Shown here: positions 28,207 to 38,073 of the stretch, piece by piece
Layout: the number at the start of each line of letters is the position of its first letter
How positions within the stretch are numbered: the first letter of the stretch is position 1
Source of the DNA: Candidatus Hadarchaeota archaeon
GTDB lineage: Archaea > CAYQAE01 > CAYVLA01
Length of the DNA: 64,000 nucleotides
NCBI GenBank assembly: GCA_964621445.1
Contig: CAZUNO010000016.1
Span: 1 to 64,000 of the forward strand
Direction: 5' to 3'
Notes under the pieces: generated by a model
What the model was told of the DNA's origin: nothing
The model's input: the letters and a program-made list of their open reading frames with translations, nothing else
Databases searched by the model: none
Position numbers and translations under genes: made by a program

Positions 28207-30507
28207 ATGCAGCTCCGGGTTCTCGTTCAGGGAAGGGTACAGGGCGTTGGTTTTCGGCCCTCTGTATATAGGTTCGCCAAATCCCTGGATTTGAGGGGTT
28301 ATGTCCGAAACCTGGGTAACGGGAACGTGGAGATCCTGGTTGAGGGCGACCAGGGGACGGTGCGGGAGTTCCTTTCCGGCCTGGAGGGTTCCCTCCCGCC
28401 CCTGGCGGAAATCCTGACCATGGAAACCGAGGTATTGGAGGGAAAACCGCAAGGGGAGTTCCGGATAGAACCCAGCAAGTCCCCCTCGGGAAGCACCTCC
28501 AATTCATATGTGCCACAGGACGTGGCGACCTGTGACAGGTGCCTGGAGGAGCTCCTGAACCCGGATAACAGAAGGCATGGCTATCCATTCATAACCTGCA
28601 CCGATTGTGGCCCCAGGTATAGCATATCCGGTGGCCCGCCCTTCGACAGGGATAGGACATCCATGAGTGATTTCCCAATGTGCGAGCGGTGTCGAGCCGA
28701 GTACGAGGACCCCGGGGATAGAAGATACCACGCCCAGACCATAGCCTGTAGGGACTGTGGGCCCGGAGTCCGGCTTATCGGTCCCCAGGGAGAGTTGATG
28801 GTCGGGAAACCAATTATCGGGGCGGCCAAGCTCCTGGAAGAGGGGGAGATAGTGGCCGTCAAGGGCCTTGGAGGGAGTCACATCGCCTGCCTTACCACTG
28901 ATAACTCCGCAGTTCGGAGGCTGAGGGAGATACTGGGGAGGCCCTTCCAGCCCTTCGCGCTAATGGCTTCATCGATCGAGGATGTGAGGAAATTCTCCTC
29001 GGTGAGTGAGAGCGAGGAGGAGATGCTCCTGAGCTGGCGGCGGCCGATCGTAGTCCTGGACAAACTCGATCCCTTCCCCCTCTCTCCGCTTCTATCTCCC
29101 GACCTCAGCAATATCGGGGTCATGCTGCCCTACACCCCCCTTCACCACCTCCTTCTTTCCCGGGTCGATGACCGGGCCCTGGTAATGACCTCGGCAAATG
29201 TTCATGGCGAGCCGATGATTCTAAAGGAAGGGATGATGAGGGAGAAGGTGGGGGAGATAGGTTACCTGCTCTGGCATGACCGGGAGATAAGGAACAGGGT
29301 AGATGACAGCGTGGTCAGGTTCCAGGGCGAGGACCCGGTTCTGATTAGGAGGAGCAGGGGATATGTACCACACCCGGTTAGTTTGGGGTGGAGCAGCGAG
29401 GATTGTATACTTGGGGTCGGTCCTGAACTCAACTCCGTGGCCTGCATAGCCAAGAATGGCCTGGCCTACCTGACCCAGCATATCGGTAACACATCAAACT
29501 TCGATACCTACGGATATCTGCGGGATGCGATATCATCGCTAATGAAAAACACCAGCACCCAGGACTTGGATGCCATTGCCCATGACCTTCATCCCCAGTT
29601 CCTTTCGACCCGACTTGCCAAGTCCATGTCCGGAAAATGGGGCTGTCCCACCTACGCCGTACAGCATCACTATGCCCATCTGTACAGCCTGTTGGCAGAA
29701 CACGGGTTGGAACCCACCACCAACGCGCTGGGGATAATCTGTGACGGGGTGGGCTATGGTAGCGAGAGGGAGTCGTGGGGAGGCGAGGTGCTGGCGGTTG
29801 GCGACGAGGAACTCAGGATGGGTTCGCTTCAGCCACAACCATTGATCGGGGGAGACCTGGCATCGCTGTATCCGGTCAGGATGGTGGTGGGTATCCTTGC
29901 CCGGGAGTACAGGGAGGCGAGGTTAAAGGCGGTGGTCAAAAAATACTGCCACGAGGGGCTTAGAAAGGGGGAGCAGGAGCTTGACCTCATAATCGAACAG
30001 CTCAAAAAGCGATTCAACGTCACCTGGACCACCAGCACGGGAAGGGTTCTGGATGTCATATCGGCTCTGCTGGGAATAAGCTATGAGAGGACCTACGAGG
30101 GCGAGGGCCCGATGCGACTGGAGGGCGTTGCCTCGCGTGGGGATCCCAAATCAGTCGACCTGCCCGTGGATGTAAGCAAGAAGGAGGGGAGGTACGTGTT
30201 CGACACCATGGCCCTGGTAAGAGGGGTGGTGGAGGCCCTGGAGGCCCGGCGCCCCAGAAAGGATATCGCCGCTTCCGCCCAGGAATCACTGGCAGAGGGA
30301 ATCGCGGAGATGGCCAACCTCTGCGCCCGGGAGATGGAGCCGGATTTCGTGGGCTGCTCTGGAGGTGTGATGTACAACCGGCACATAGTCTCCACCATAG
30401 AGAAGAAACTGGACCACCAGCTGGTGAGGCACACCTACCTACCCCCGGGGGACGGCTGTATCTGCGTGGGCCAGGTAACCGCTGCCTACAGGCAGAGGAG
30501 TTTATGA
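28207..30507 (+). CDS. hypF: Carbamoyltransferase HypF
   Basis: GRVQGVGFRP acylphosphatase domain, Zn fingers, KGLGG, QHIG, HDLHP, QHHYAH, DGVGYG, PPGDG. Confidence 0.96.
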   Translation: MQLRVLVQGRVQGVGFRPSVYRFAKSLDLRGYVRNLGNGNVEILVEGDQGTVREFLSGLEGSLPPLAEILTMETEVLEGKPQGEFRIEPSKSPSGSTSNSYVPQDVATCDRCLEELLNPDNRRHGYPFITCTDCGPRYSISGGPPFDRDRTSMSDFPMCERCRAEYEDPGDRRYHAQTIACRDCGPGVRLIGPQGELMVGKPIIGAAKLLEEGEIVAVKGLGGSHIACLTTDNSAVRRLREILGRPFQPFALMASSIEDVRKFSSVSESEEEMLLSWRRPIVVLDKLDPFPLSPLLSPDLSNIGVMLPYTPLHHLLLSRVDDRALVMTSANVHGEPMILKEGMMREKVGEIGYLLWHDREIRNRVDDSVVRFQGEDPVLIRRSRGYVPHPVSLGWSSEDCILGVGPELNSVACIAKNGLAYLTQHIGNTSNFDTYGYLRDAISSLMKNTSTQDLDAIAHDLHPQFLSTRLAKSMSGKWGCPTYAVQHHYAHLYSLLAEHGLEPTTNALGIICDGVGYGSERESWGGEVLAVGDEELRMGSLQPQPLIGGDLASLYPVRMVVGILAREYREARLKAVVKKYCHEGLRKGEQELDLIIEQLKKRFNVTWTTSTGRVLDVISALLGISYERTYEGEGPMRLEGVASRGDPKSVDLPVDVSKKEGRYVFDTMALVRGVVEALEARRPRKDIAASAQESLAEGIAEMANLCAREMEPDFVGCSGGVMYNRHIVSTIEKKLDHQLVRHTYLPPGDGCICVGQVTAAYRQRSL

Positions 30508-30511
30508 ACGG

Positions 30512-32422
30512 TCACGGCGATAGATCCTCGCGTTTATAGTAAATGAGGGTGCCGCCCTCCTCGCCAACCACCAGGTCCGGTATCCCCTCCCTGAACTCGG
30601 CCACCGTGGGCCCACATGCGTGGTGGCCTAGAAAGAGGGGATTCTCCTTGAACTTCAGGACCTGTGGGAACCGGAACAGGGGATCCTCATCATCCCCCAC
30701 GTTTTTCAGGAATAGAACCGCGGACCCCGGTAGACCCAGGGACTGGGGAAGTCCCTCCTCCGCATTGGGAACCGAGCCGTGGCGATGGGTTCCCACCAGG
30801 AGGTCCATCTCGCCGTCGCCGTCCCAGTCAACGAGGTTGAGTTTTAACCGGCCTCTTCCTCCGGCCCCCCAGAAGTTAGCATCGATGGGAGAACCGTTCT
30901 CCAGCCTGAGCTTACCGCCGTCCTCCAGGTTATAATCGTCTATCTTACGATAGAGATGGAACTGGTCATCGGTGTCAAGGGTTATGTAGACCATGGTCCC
31001 TCCCATTCTTCCTACTGCAGGTTTGACTCTCCATGTCCCGTGTAGGTCCAGACCATCGCAGTATATGCTATGAGGGGCAGCGAGGGAGGGACGAGTTAAG
31101 GTGCCCCGGTTCAGGAAAACGGAATGATCGGCAGTTATATCGCTCATCACTATATCCGGCAAGCCATCTCCGTTCCAGTCAACGACCGTGGGGCAGGTAT
31201 AGCCCCACCGTGCCTCATCCGGGCCCTGAATGCTGCCTCGGTAACCGGCCTGAACGTGAATCTCGGAGCCCCCTGCCTTGAGGGGAATGCCGTTATCGAA
31301 ACTGGGGTCGGAGTTTGTCCCTCGGTTCCTGAAGAAGAGTATCCTGCCCTCCGAGTTCCCACATACTATGTCCAGGTTATGGTCCCCGTCCCAGTCAACC
31401 ATGTTGGGCACAGGAAGGGACCCTGCATAGATGCTGGCATCTAGCTCCAGAACGGGCAGCGGATGGCTAAAAAGGGGCTCACCTGCGTTCGAAAACCGAT
31501 CCAGGAACCGGTAGTAATACAGACAGCCCTCGCCGCCCACTATCAGGTCAGACGAAGGACCCGAACCCGGGTAGCTCAGGGGGCATGCTCCAACCGTGGG
31601 GTGGCGCATGATGTTTTTCTCCGTATCAATTATCGGGACTTTTTGGTGCCGACCGTCGGACCTCGGATAAAGGAATATCTGGCCCAGGTGTGAGCCGGAA
31701 ACCACGTATTCCCGGCCCAGACCCAAATCCAGGGTGGTAAGTCCCTTGATCGAGAATGCCGTATCTCTGGTTGAGGGGGATATCCTGGTGGCCTCTGCCT
31801 CCGCGAGCTGGTTGAAGGAGGGAGCCCTCAATCTGTACAGGGCCGAGTAAGGTATAGAGCCCCTCCAGATACCAGCACCATCAAAGGGCCGGTAATCCGA
31901 TTCGCGCCAGCTGGCATCCGTGGGTTTGAGGGACCTCCCATCCTTAACCGATAAATAGACATCAATCTCCCCATCCGGTCCTGGAACCGGGAGAAATCGT
32001 TCTACGGGTCCGGTAAGGGCGCGAAGGTTCACCGTTTCCCCCGTTTTGCCCATCCTCTTCTGCTGGGGATCGTATATGTAGTCGGTAAGGGAGGTTTCCG
32101 AGCGAGCGTAGAGATGAATTTCCCCCCCTGGATGCTCAACTACCTTTATCTCCACATCGCCCTCTCCAAACAACTCCTGGAAGGGGAGCTCGATTTTGCC
32201 ATCCCTCTCAAATACCGGGACCCCGCGTCCGGTTTTCTCCTCGTATCTAAATAGAAAAAGTCCTGGATCTGCACCATTGCTGGTTGATAGGAAGATATCC
32301 GGGTATCTCCCGCCGGTCAAGCTAGCCACCCCCACGGGTTCGGTTATCAATGCCATGGCAATGGGACCCCGCCCATCAGCCGATCCCACAGGAATTTCAC
32401 AGCCACTGCTCAATGTACTCAT
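30512..32422 (-). CDS. FG-GAP/VCBS repeat protein
   Basis: Repeated VDWDGD..LD / VDWNGDGLPD motifs; no signal peptide. Confidence 0.8.
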   Translation of the reverse strand: MSTLSSGCEIPVGSADGRGPIAMALITEPVGVASLTGGRYPDIFLSTSNGADPGLFLFRYEEKTGRGVPVFERDGKIELPFQELFGEGDVEIKVVEHPGGEIHLYARSETSLTDYIYDPQQKRMGKTGETVNLRALTGPVERFLPVPGPDGEIDVYLSVKDGRSLKPTDASWRESDYRPFDGAGIWRGSIPYSALYRLRAPSFNQLAEAEATRISPSTRDTAFSIKGLTTLDLGLGREYVVSGSHLGQIFLYPRSDGRHQKVPIIDTEKNIMRHPTVGACPLSYPGSGPSSDLIVGGEGCLYYYRFLDRFSNAGEPLFSHPLPVLELDASIYAGSLPVPNMVDWDGDHNLDIVCGNSEGRILFFRNRGTNSDPSFDNGIPLKAGGSEIHVQAGYRGSIQGPDEARWGYTCPTVVDWNGDGLPDIVMSDITADHSVFLNRGTLTRPSLAAPHSIYCDGLDLHGTWRVKPAVGRMGGTMVYITLDTDDQFHLYRKIDDYNLEDGGKLRLENGSPIDANFWGAGGRGRLKLNLVDWDGDGEMDLLVGTHRHGSVPNAEEGLPQSLGLPGSAVLFLKNVGDDEDPLFRFPQVLKFKENPLFLGHHACGPTVAEFREGIPDLVVGEEGGTLIYYKREDLSP

Positions 32423-32534
32423 GTCTAACAGCTACCGAATATGGAAAGCCCATAAAGCCCTTGAATATGTCTTCCTTTCATCCGGCAATAGATATAAGCC
32501 CGGTCCGGGCCCCGGTTTTGCGTGGTGAGAGAAC

Positions 32535-33704
32535 TTGGTTCATGGAGAACTGGATCTGTGGTGGGGGGACCCTCACGTTCATAGCAGCGTTTCGAGAAGG
32601 TGCTTCAAGTTTGGTTTGGAACCGGAGGGCTATGATGGGTCACCTGGCGATTGCCACCGTTATGCCCGGGATGAGGCGGGAATGGATTTCTCCGCGGTGA
32701 CCGATCACGACTGCACGCGAGAGAAGAGGGAGATGACCCCGCGGGAATGGGAGGAGGTGCGGGAGGCCGCTGAGCAGTACAATGAACCCGGTCAATTCGT
32801 GGCCTTCCCGGCATTCGAATATAGCAATCGCCGCCAGGGCCACTATCATGTCCTATTCTCCCATCCATGCGTCGTGGGCGGTTGATGAATACCCAACCCC
32901 GACCCACCTCTGGTCTGCCCTTGACGTCCACGATAGAAGGGCTCTGACCATCCCACATCACATAGCCCGGGCCGGCATGCCCAATGACTGGAGCTACTTC
33001 AACCCCCACTACGAGGCGGTTGTGGAGATATGTTCCGTATGGGGTTGCTACGAGTTTCCGGGAAATCCGTTCGAGTGTGATCCTAACTGGTCATCGAGCG
33101 ATCCCCGGGGATTTGCCCGGATGGGCCTGGGGAAGGGCCTAATCTTCGGATTCGTGGGAGGAGGGGATATACATGACGGGCGAGCTGGAGGCCGGGCCTA
33201 TGACTGGCAGACGGGGGAAATCCCGGAACGCTGGAAGCGGGCCGCCAGATACAGGAGAAACCCCGTGGGAGGGGGGTTAGCGGGCGTCTATTCGAACCGG
33301 TTGAGCCGAGACGGCCTCATCGAGGGACTGCGTAAAAGGAGGTCGATTGCCTGCACTGGAAGCCCCACGGAGGTCAGGATGCGGGTTGATGACCTTTTCA
33401 TCGGCGACGTCTCCCCGGCCAGCGATGATCAGACCCGAAAAAGGGAGATAGAGGTGGAGGCCGCTAGCCACCGCTCACTGAGAGCCTGGAGGTAATCAGG
33501 AACGGATATATCCTGTTCCATCTGCCCTGCAATGGAAAGCGGGAAAGATTAGAATTCACGGATGAACTTCCCCTTGTCGAGGTTGATCCCAGTATTTCCT
33601 CGGACTCCGGTAATCTAGTATATTACTACGCCCGGGTCACCAGGGAGGATTTTCACATGGCCTGGTCCAGCCCCATCTGGCTGAAGACCGAGGGTCATGG
33701 GTGA
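32535..33704 (+). pseudogene. PHP-domain metallohydrolase (DUF3604/CehA-McbA-like) split by two frameshifts
   Basis: Part 1 WGDPHVHS..DFSAVTDHD..FEY..GHY. Part 2 IPHH..EICS.WG..GGGDIHDG..GGLAGVY. Part 3 (hand-translated) LEVIRNG...YYYARV...AWSSPIW, stop at 33702-33704. Confidence 0.75.
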
Positions 33705-33744
33705 AAGATTTAAGCCCCGCTAGGGGCTATATAGTGGGAGAGAA

Positions 33745-34140
33745 ATGCCTATAGTAAGCCTCAGCGTTCCTGATTCACTCATGCGGGATCTTGAACTGAT
33801 GACCGATGTGGTGGGTTATTCCTCGAGAAGCGAGGCGATAAGGGACGCCATCAGGACCTACATATCGGAACAGAGAATGTACAGGCGGGTAAAGGAGGAC
33901 GTTTTCAATGCCATAATGTTTCTCTACAAGAACGGGGAGGATGAGAGACAGAAGCTGGAGAGGCTGAGATCAAAGTACTCAAAACTCATAGAGGGAGAGA
34001 TAACCTTCGCCATCAGCAAGGATAGGAAGGTATCGGTCCTGCTAACCCGTGGCAAGAGCGACGAGATTCGAATGTTGACCTCGAGGATAAGGGGCATAAA
34101 GGGAATGGAACAAACGAGATATATCATGGCCGAGCAGTAG
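33745..34140 (+). CDS. NikR-like RHH+ACT transcriptional regulator lacking the Ni ligands
   Basis: MPIVSLSVP...GYSSRSEAIRDAIR; the C-terminal ACT-like domain has no His or Cys. Confidence 0.78.
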   Translation: MPIVSLSVPDSLMRDLELMTDVVGYSSRSEAIRDAIRTYISEQRMYRRVKEDVFNAIMFLYKNGEDERQKLERLRSKYSKLIEGEITFAISKDRKVSVLLTRGKSDEIRMLTSRIRGIKGMEQTRYIMAEQ

Positions 34141-34150
34141 GGGACGGAAA

Positions 34151-34873
34151 TTGGTAGGAGACTTTGATGGCAGGGCCATCGTTAGAAGGGATTTCTGGCA
34201 TTCGGGCATCCGCTATCTATTCCAATGGAACCTGAGACACCATCGTAGTTTCGACAGCCATCATAGCAGGGATCTTTGGCATGCACTATCAAAGGTGGCC
34301 GATGGGAGGGTTCCCCTCAACGTCTTCGAGAGCCAGATATATGATAGGGCTTCAAGTCTCAGAACTCCAAGCCGGGAATCGGATGAATGGTTCATCGATG
34401 ACATGGAGGATAGGGGGATTCTGGATGTAGATGTGGTTCGAGATGATTACGCCTCCATCTGTAGCAGCATATCTCCCCTAAAGAAGGTGAAGGATAAACA
34501 CCTACAGGTACAGGACTACCTCCTCAAGAACGATGAAGCGGCCATAGCAATGGAGGTTCCCGTTTGGTCCGGCTTTCTCAGACTAACTGGTCACATTGAC
34601 CTGATCAGGATCAGGGATGAACGGATAGAGATAGTTGACTACAAGCCCGAGGGCCGGTTCCTGCGATCGATGCCCCAGGTGGCGGTCTACAGCTATCTTC
34701 TGGATTCATGCTATCCGAACCTGCAATTGGAGAATATGAAGTGCGTGTCTTTCAACGAAAGCGAGGCCTGGATGTATTCCCCGAGCATCCTTCGTCATCT
34801 TGCAACCCGCCTTGATGATGGGAACTTGGTCGAGGGCATTCTTCAGAGATACGACATGATGAGAGGTAGATAG
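34151..34873 (+). CDS. PD-(D/E)XK nuclease family protein (RecB-like motifs)
   Basis: H..VQ..L, EVPVW, GHIDL, VDYKP, QVAVY. Confidence 0.75.
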   Translation: MVGDFDGRAIVRRDFWHSGIRYLFQWNLRHHRSFDSHHSRDLWHALSKVADGRVPLNVFESQIYDRASSLRTPSRESDEWFIDDMEDRGILDVDVVRDDYASICSSISPLKKVKDKHLQVQDYLLKNDEAAIAMEVPVWSGFLRLTGHIDLIRIRDERIEIVDYKPEGRFLRSMPQVAVYSYLLDSCYPNLQLENMKCVSFNESEAWMYSPSILRHLATRLDDGNLVEGILQRYDMMRGR

Positions 34874-35351
34874 GACGACAAACAGGGCCAGGGGCAAAGT
34901 TTGGCTTGAGAAGGACGGTAAACCCCTCATAGGCAAGGGGAGAGCAAAGCTCCTAGAGTATATTGAGGAGACGGGATCCATTAGGGAAGCCGCCTCTGAG
35001 ATGGGATTATCTTATAGATATGCCTGGGAGATGATTTCAAAGATGAACCAGGCCTGTAAATCTAGGGTTGTATCCTCGAAGCGGGGGGGCAGTCAAGGTG
35101 GAGGGTCGCAACTGACGGAGGAAGGAAGACAACTCCTCAAACTCTACCGGGAGGCCGAGGAGTCGGGCATAAGGCCGGACGGGAGTGCAAGCGGCCTCCT
35201 TCATTGCCGGATCTCCGAGAAAAGGTCAGGGGACGATTTTGTAAAGCTTGCCACCCAGGACGAGGAAGCGGAGATTATCTTCAGGAACACCGGCCTCTTC
35301 TCCGAGATGGAGGAGGGAGACGAAATTCTTATAGCTTTGAAGAGGGAATGA
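34863..35351 (+). CDS. ModE-type winged-helix regulator; start codon unresolved
   Basis: In frame upstream of ATG 35001: KVWLEKDGKPLIGKGRAKLLEYIEETGSIREAA, then MGLSYRYAW...GGSQGGGSQLT; degenerate TOBE-like tail. Confidence 0.75.
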   Translation, partial: EVDRTTNRARGKVWLEKDGKPLIGKGRAKLLEYIEETGSIREAASEMGLSYRYAWEMISKMNQACKSRVVSSKRGGSQGGGSQLTEEGRQLLKLYREAEESGIRPDGSASGLLHCRISEKRSGDDFVKLATQDEEAEIIFRNTGLFSEMEEGDEILIALKRE

Positions 35352-35359
35352 GGAGATAG

Positions 35360-36598
35360 ATGGCGGGGGCTCGGGTTATTACATACGCCGTTCTGATGGG
35401 CCTAATGGTTACCATCTTTGCTTTGGGGAGTATTGCAGGAGCGGAGGGGATGATGGCACCGGGATCCAGGATAATCAGTACCCTGTACGTGGGAGACGCA
35501 GGTACCAGGTCCTGGAGACACCTGGCCATGGACCCCTTCCTTTCGCTGACCCCGATACCAGCCGCGGTGGGGTTATATCCCAAGGAGCAGATAAGGAAGC
35601 ATGTAAGGCTCTACATTCCCCGGAATTACGAGAGCTACCTGGGGGGAGTGGACCTGCTGGTGATGAGCGACTCGGATCGATCGGTCTTCACCTCAAAACA
35701 GCAGGTATGGTTCAGGGACGGTGTGATGGATGGCGGTGGGTCCCTGATTATGGCTGGTGGATTCGAATCTTTCGGAGGAGCGGGGTGGGGCAATACCTGG
35801 AAGGGCTCGGCCGTTGAGGATGTTCTACCCGTGTGGTGTCTGAACTACCAGGCCTGGGACTTTCACCCCTTTCTGGCCCGGCCGTCCAGGGACCAGATGG
35901 ACAATCCCTTCGTGACCTCCCTCGACTGGGAGACCATGCCCCCCTTCAGCGGGATGAATATAGTGACCCCCAAGATAGGTTCGGAGACCCTGCTGGTGGC
36001 AAGTGGCCCTGGTTTGGATATTAATCGGGAGCCGGTCCTGGTTTACCTGGAGGTGGGGAAGGGAGCAAGCCTGGCCCATATGCCGGACTGGACGCCGGCC
36101 TGGGGAACTGATATCTACGAAAACTGGGAGTACTATGGGGATTACCTGATTAACATGGCCTACCTGGTGGCCGGAATACCGGTCCCCCAGCAGCTGAATC
36201 TGGTTCATCTGGTGAGAGCTGAGATAGCCTCCTATTCCTCGATGAGAGGAGTGGCCATCTCTACCCTGGAATTTGCGGACAAATTTGGAGCCAGGATAAC
36301 ACCTCTGGAAAAAAGGCTGGCAAAGGTTGAGGAGATGAAGATGGAGGCCGATTTGCATTATCTTGAGCAGAGGTACGAAAATGCGTTGGATGCCATGTCA
36401 GAAATCGCCAGCGAGTTCCAGGCCATAAACCAGGAGGCGATCAGGGTCAAGGACCAGGCCCTTTTCTGGGTGTATGTAGTTGAATACGTCGCCGTGACCG
36501 GCGTGGCTCTGATATCCGGACTATCAATATGGGTCCTGATGATCAGGCGTAGCATATACAGGGAGGCTGGCACCACCAGGCTGAAGTTTCAGCATTGA
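35360..36598 (+). CDS. Membrane-anchored GATase1-like (DUF1355-type) surface protein, paralog B
   Basis: Signal peptide; RLYIPR..VDLLVMSD..LIMAGGFESFGG..VEDVLPV; DWTPAWG; stalk; KDQALFWVYVVEY TM. Confidence 0.78.
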   Translation: MAGARVITYAVLMGLMVTIFALGSIAGAEGMMAPGSRIISTLYVGDAGTRSWRHLAMDPFLSLTPIPAAVGLYPKEQIRKHVRLYIPRNYESYLGGVDLLVMSDSDRSVFTSKQQVWFRDGVMDGGGSLIMAGGFESFGGAGWGNTWKGSAVEDVLPVWCLNYQAWDFHPFLARPSRDQMDNPFVTSLDWETMPPFSGMNIVTPKIGSETLLVASGPGLDINREPVLVYLEVGKGASLAHMPDWTPAWGTDIYENWEYYGDYLINMAYLVAGIPVPQQLNLVHLVRAEIASYSSMRGVAISTLEFADKFGARITPLEKRLAKVEEMKMEADLHYLEQRYENALDAMSEIASEFQAINQEAIRVKDQALFWVYVVEYVAVTGVALISGLSIWVLMIRRSIYREAGTTRLKFQH

Positions 36599-36600
36599 TG

Positions 36601-37101
36601 CTATTCGCTGCGCTGTTTCTTTATCCCGGTCTGGAATATGAGCTCGTCGATTCTGTTAGGGTCGCGTACACTTCTTAGAAAGAAATGGTCCTCGCCCGTA
36701 TCTACCCTCACCGTTCCGACATTGAACATCCGCTCTAACCATGACTGTATTATATCGCATCGCTCCAGCTTTTGGAAGGGGATGGAGATGGTGTTCCTTC
36801 TCAGTATGCCCACCGTCTTGAAAACCCTGTACTCCGATATCTTGTACCTGGTCCTATACCTCTTCAGCTCCGCACGGGCCACGATAATTATGGCTATTAA
36901 TAGACAGAAAAGGACAAGCCACATGTTTAGGCCATAGCCTAGGAGGGACAGGGAGGGGATTATGGAGAAGAAATCGATCCACAGGATGAACCCTATGATC
37001 AGGATCAGGATGGCGCCTATATAGCTACCCAGATAGAGAATCCTGGAAGGCTTGAATTTGAGGAGAATCTCCTCGCTCTCCGTTTCTTGGTTCCGTGACA
37101 C
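36601..37101 (-). CDS. Membrane protein with bacterial PH (bPH_2) domain
   Basis: Two TMs, then Y.I...RV...GIL.R....IP...QSW.ERMFNVGTV. Confidence 0.75.
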   Translation of the reverse strand: MSRNQETESEEILLKFKPSRILYLGSYIGAILILIIGFILWIDFFSIIPSLSLLGYGLNMWLVLFCLLIAIIIVARAELKRYRTRYKISEYRVFKTVGILRRNTISIPFQKLERCDIIQSWLERMFNVGTVRVDTGEDHFFLRSVRDPNRIDELIFQTGIKKQRSE

Positions 37102-37193
37102 GTTGTTACCCCCTACATCTAGACACCGTGGCTTTCATAAATGGGATCGAGCCGTAAACCCAGGTCTTTGCAAAACACGCGGCCGGGGCCTGG

Positions 37194-37946
37194 CTAAAAA
37201 TTGGAGTCGCCGGAAGCCAGATTGCCTAGCAAGCCGCCTCCTCCCCGCTTTTTTTCTCCTCTGTCCACGTTGGCAGCTCTCATTATTCTGTCCGCGAGAC
37301 GTGAGAAGGGAAGGGTTTGCAGGTAGACGGTTCCCGGTCCCGAGAGATTTGCCAGGAACAGACCTTCACCGCCGAAGAACATGGTTTTGACGCCCCCGGC
37401 CCTCTTGATATCGTAATCAACCGTGTCCTGAAAGGCCACCAGGCATCCCGTATCCACCCTCAGCGATTGACCCGGGCCCAGGTCCCGCTTGATTACCGTG
37501 CCACCGGAGTAGGTGAATGCTAGCCCCTGGCCCTCGAGTTTCTGGAGTATGAATCCCTCGCCCCCGAAGAACCCCGCTCCGAGACGCTTGGTCAAAGCCA
37601 CCGTTATGTCGATGCCCTCGGTTGAGCAGAGGAAGCTGTCCCTCTGGCAAAGATAGCTATTTCCAGGGGTGATCTGCAGGGGTATGACCTTCCCCGGATA
37701 TGGCCCCGCAAATGCCACCTCACCGTCCTGGCTTGTGCACTCGAATGTGGTGATAAAGAAGCTCTCCCCGGAGATGGCCCTCTTTATGCCCTTCATTATG
37801 CCTCCCCCCGTCGAGGTATCCATGTTGACCTCATCGCTCAGGTAGAGCATGGCCCCGGCCTCCGCCTGGAGCTTCTGTCCGACCTTCAAGTTGAATTCCA
37901 CGGCCTGCATGTCGTCTCCAATAATCTCGTATTCAACATCAGCCAT
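37194..37946 (-). CDS. AIM24/TIGR00266 family protein
   Basis: YEIIGDDMQ.V, AEAGAM, GESFF, GGEGFILQ, VDTGCLVAF, GGEGLF, LQTLPFSRLA. Confidence 0.9.
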   Translation of the reverse strand: MADVEYEIIGDDMQAVEFNLKVGQKLQAEAGAMLYLSDEVNMDTSTGGGIMKGIKRAISGESFFITTFECTSQDGEVAFAGPYPGKVIPLQITPGNSYLCQRDSFLCSTEGIDITVALTKRLGAGFFGGEGFILQKLEGQGLAFTYSGGTVIKRDLGPGQSLRVDTGCLVAFQDTVDYDIKRAGGVKTMFFGGEGLFLANLSGPGTVYLQTLPFSRLADRIMRAANVDRGEKKRGGGGLLGNLASGDSNF

Positions 37947-38073
37947 GCTTTCCACTGCCTTTTCCATGGCTTAAATCTCTTTGCGAATAACTATGAAGGG
38001 AGGAAAATCCGATATGTGGTACGCAGTATTTATCAAAAGGGGCAGCATTATACTGGGCGAGGGGGAATCCTCG

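Noticed and set aside
34151-34873. Cas4 call for the PD-(D/E)XK protein
   Set aside because: It lacks the four Fe-S cysteines, and there are no cas genes or repeat-spacer array in the window.
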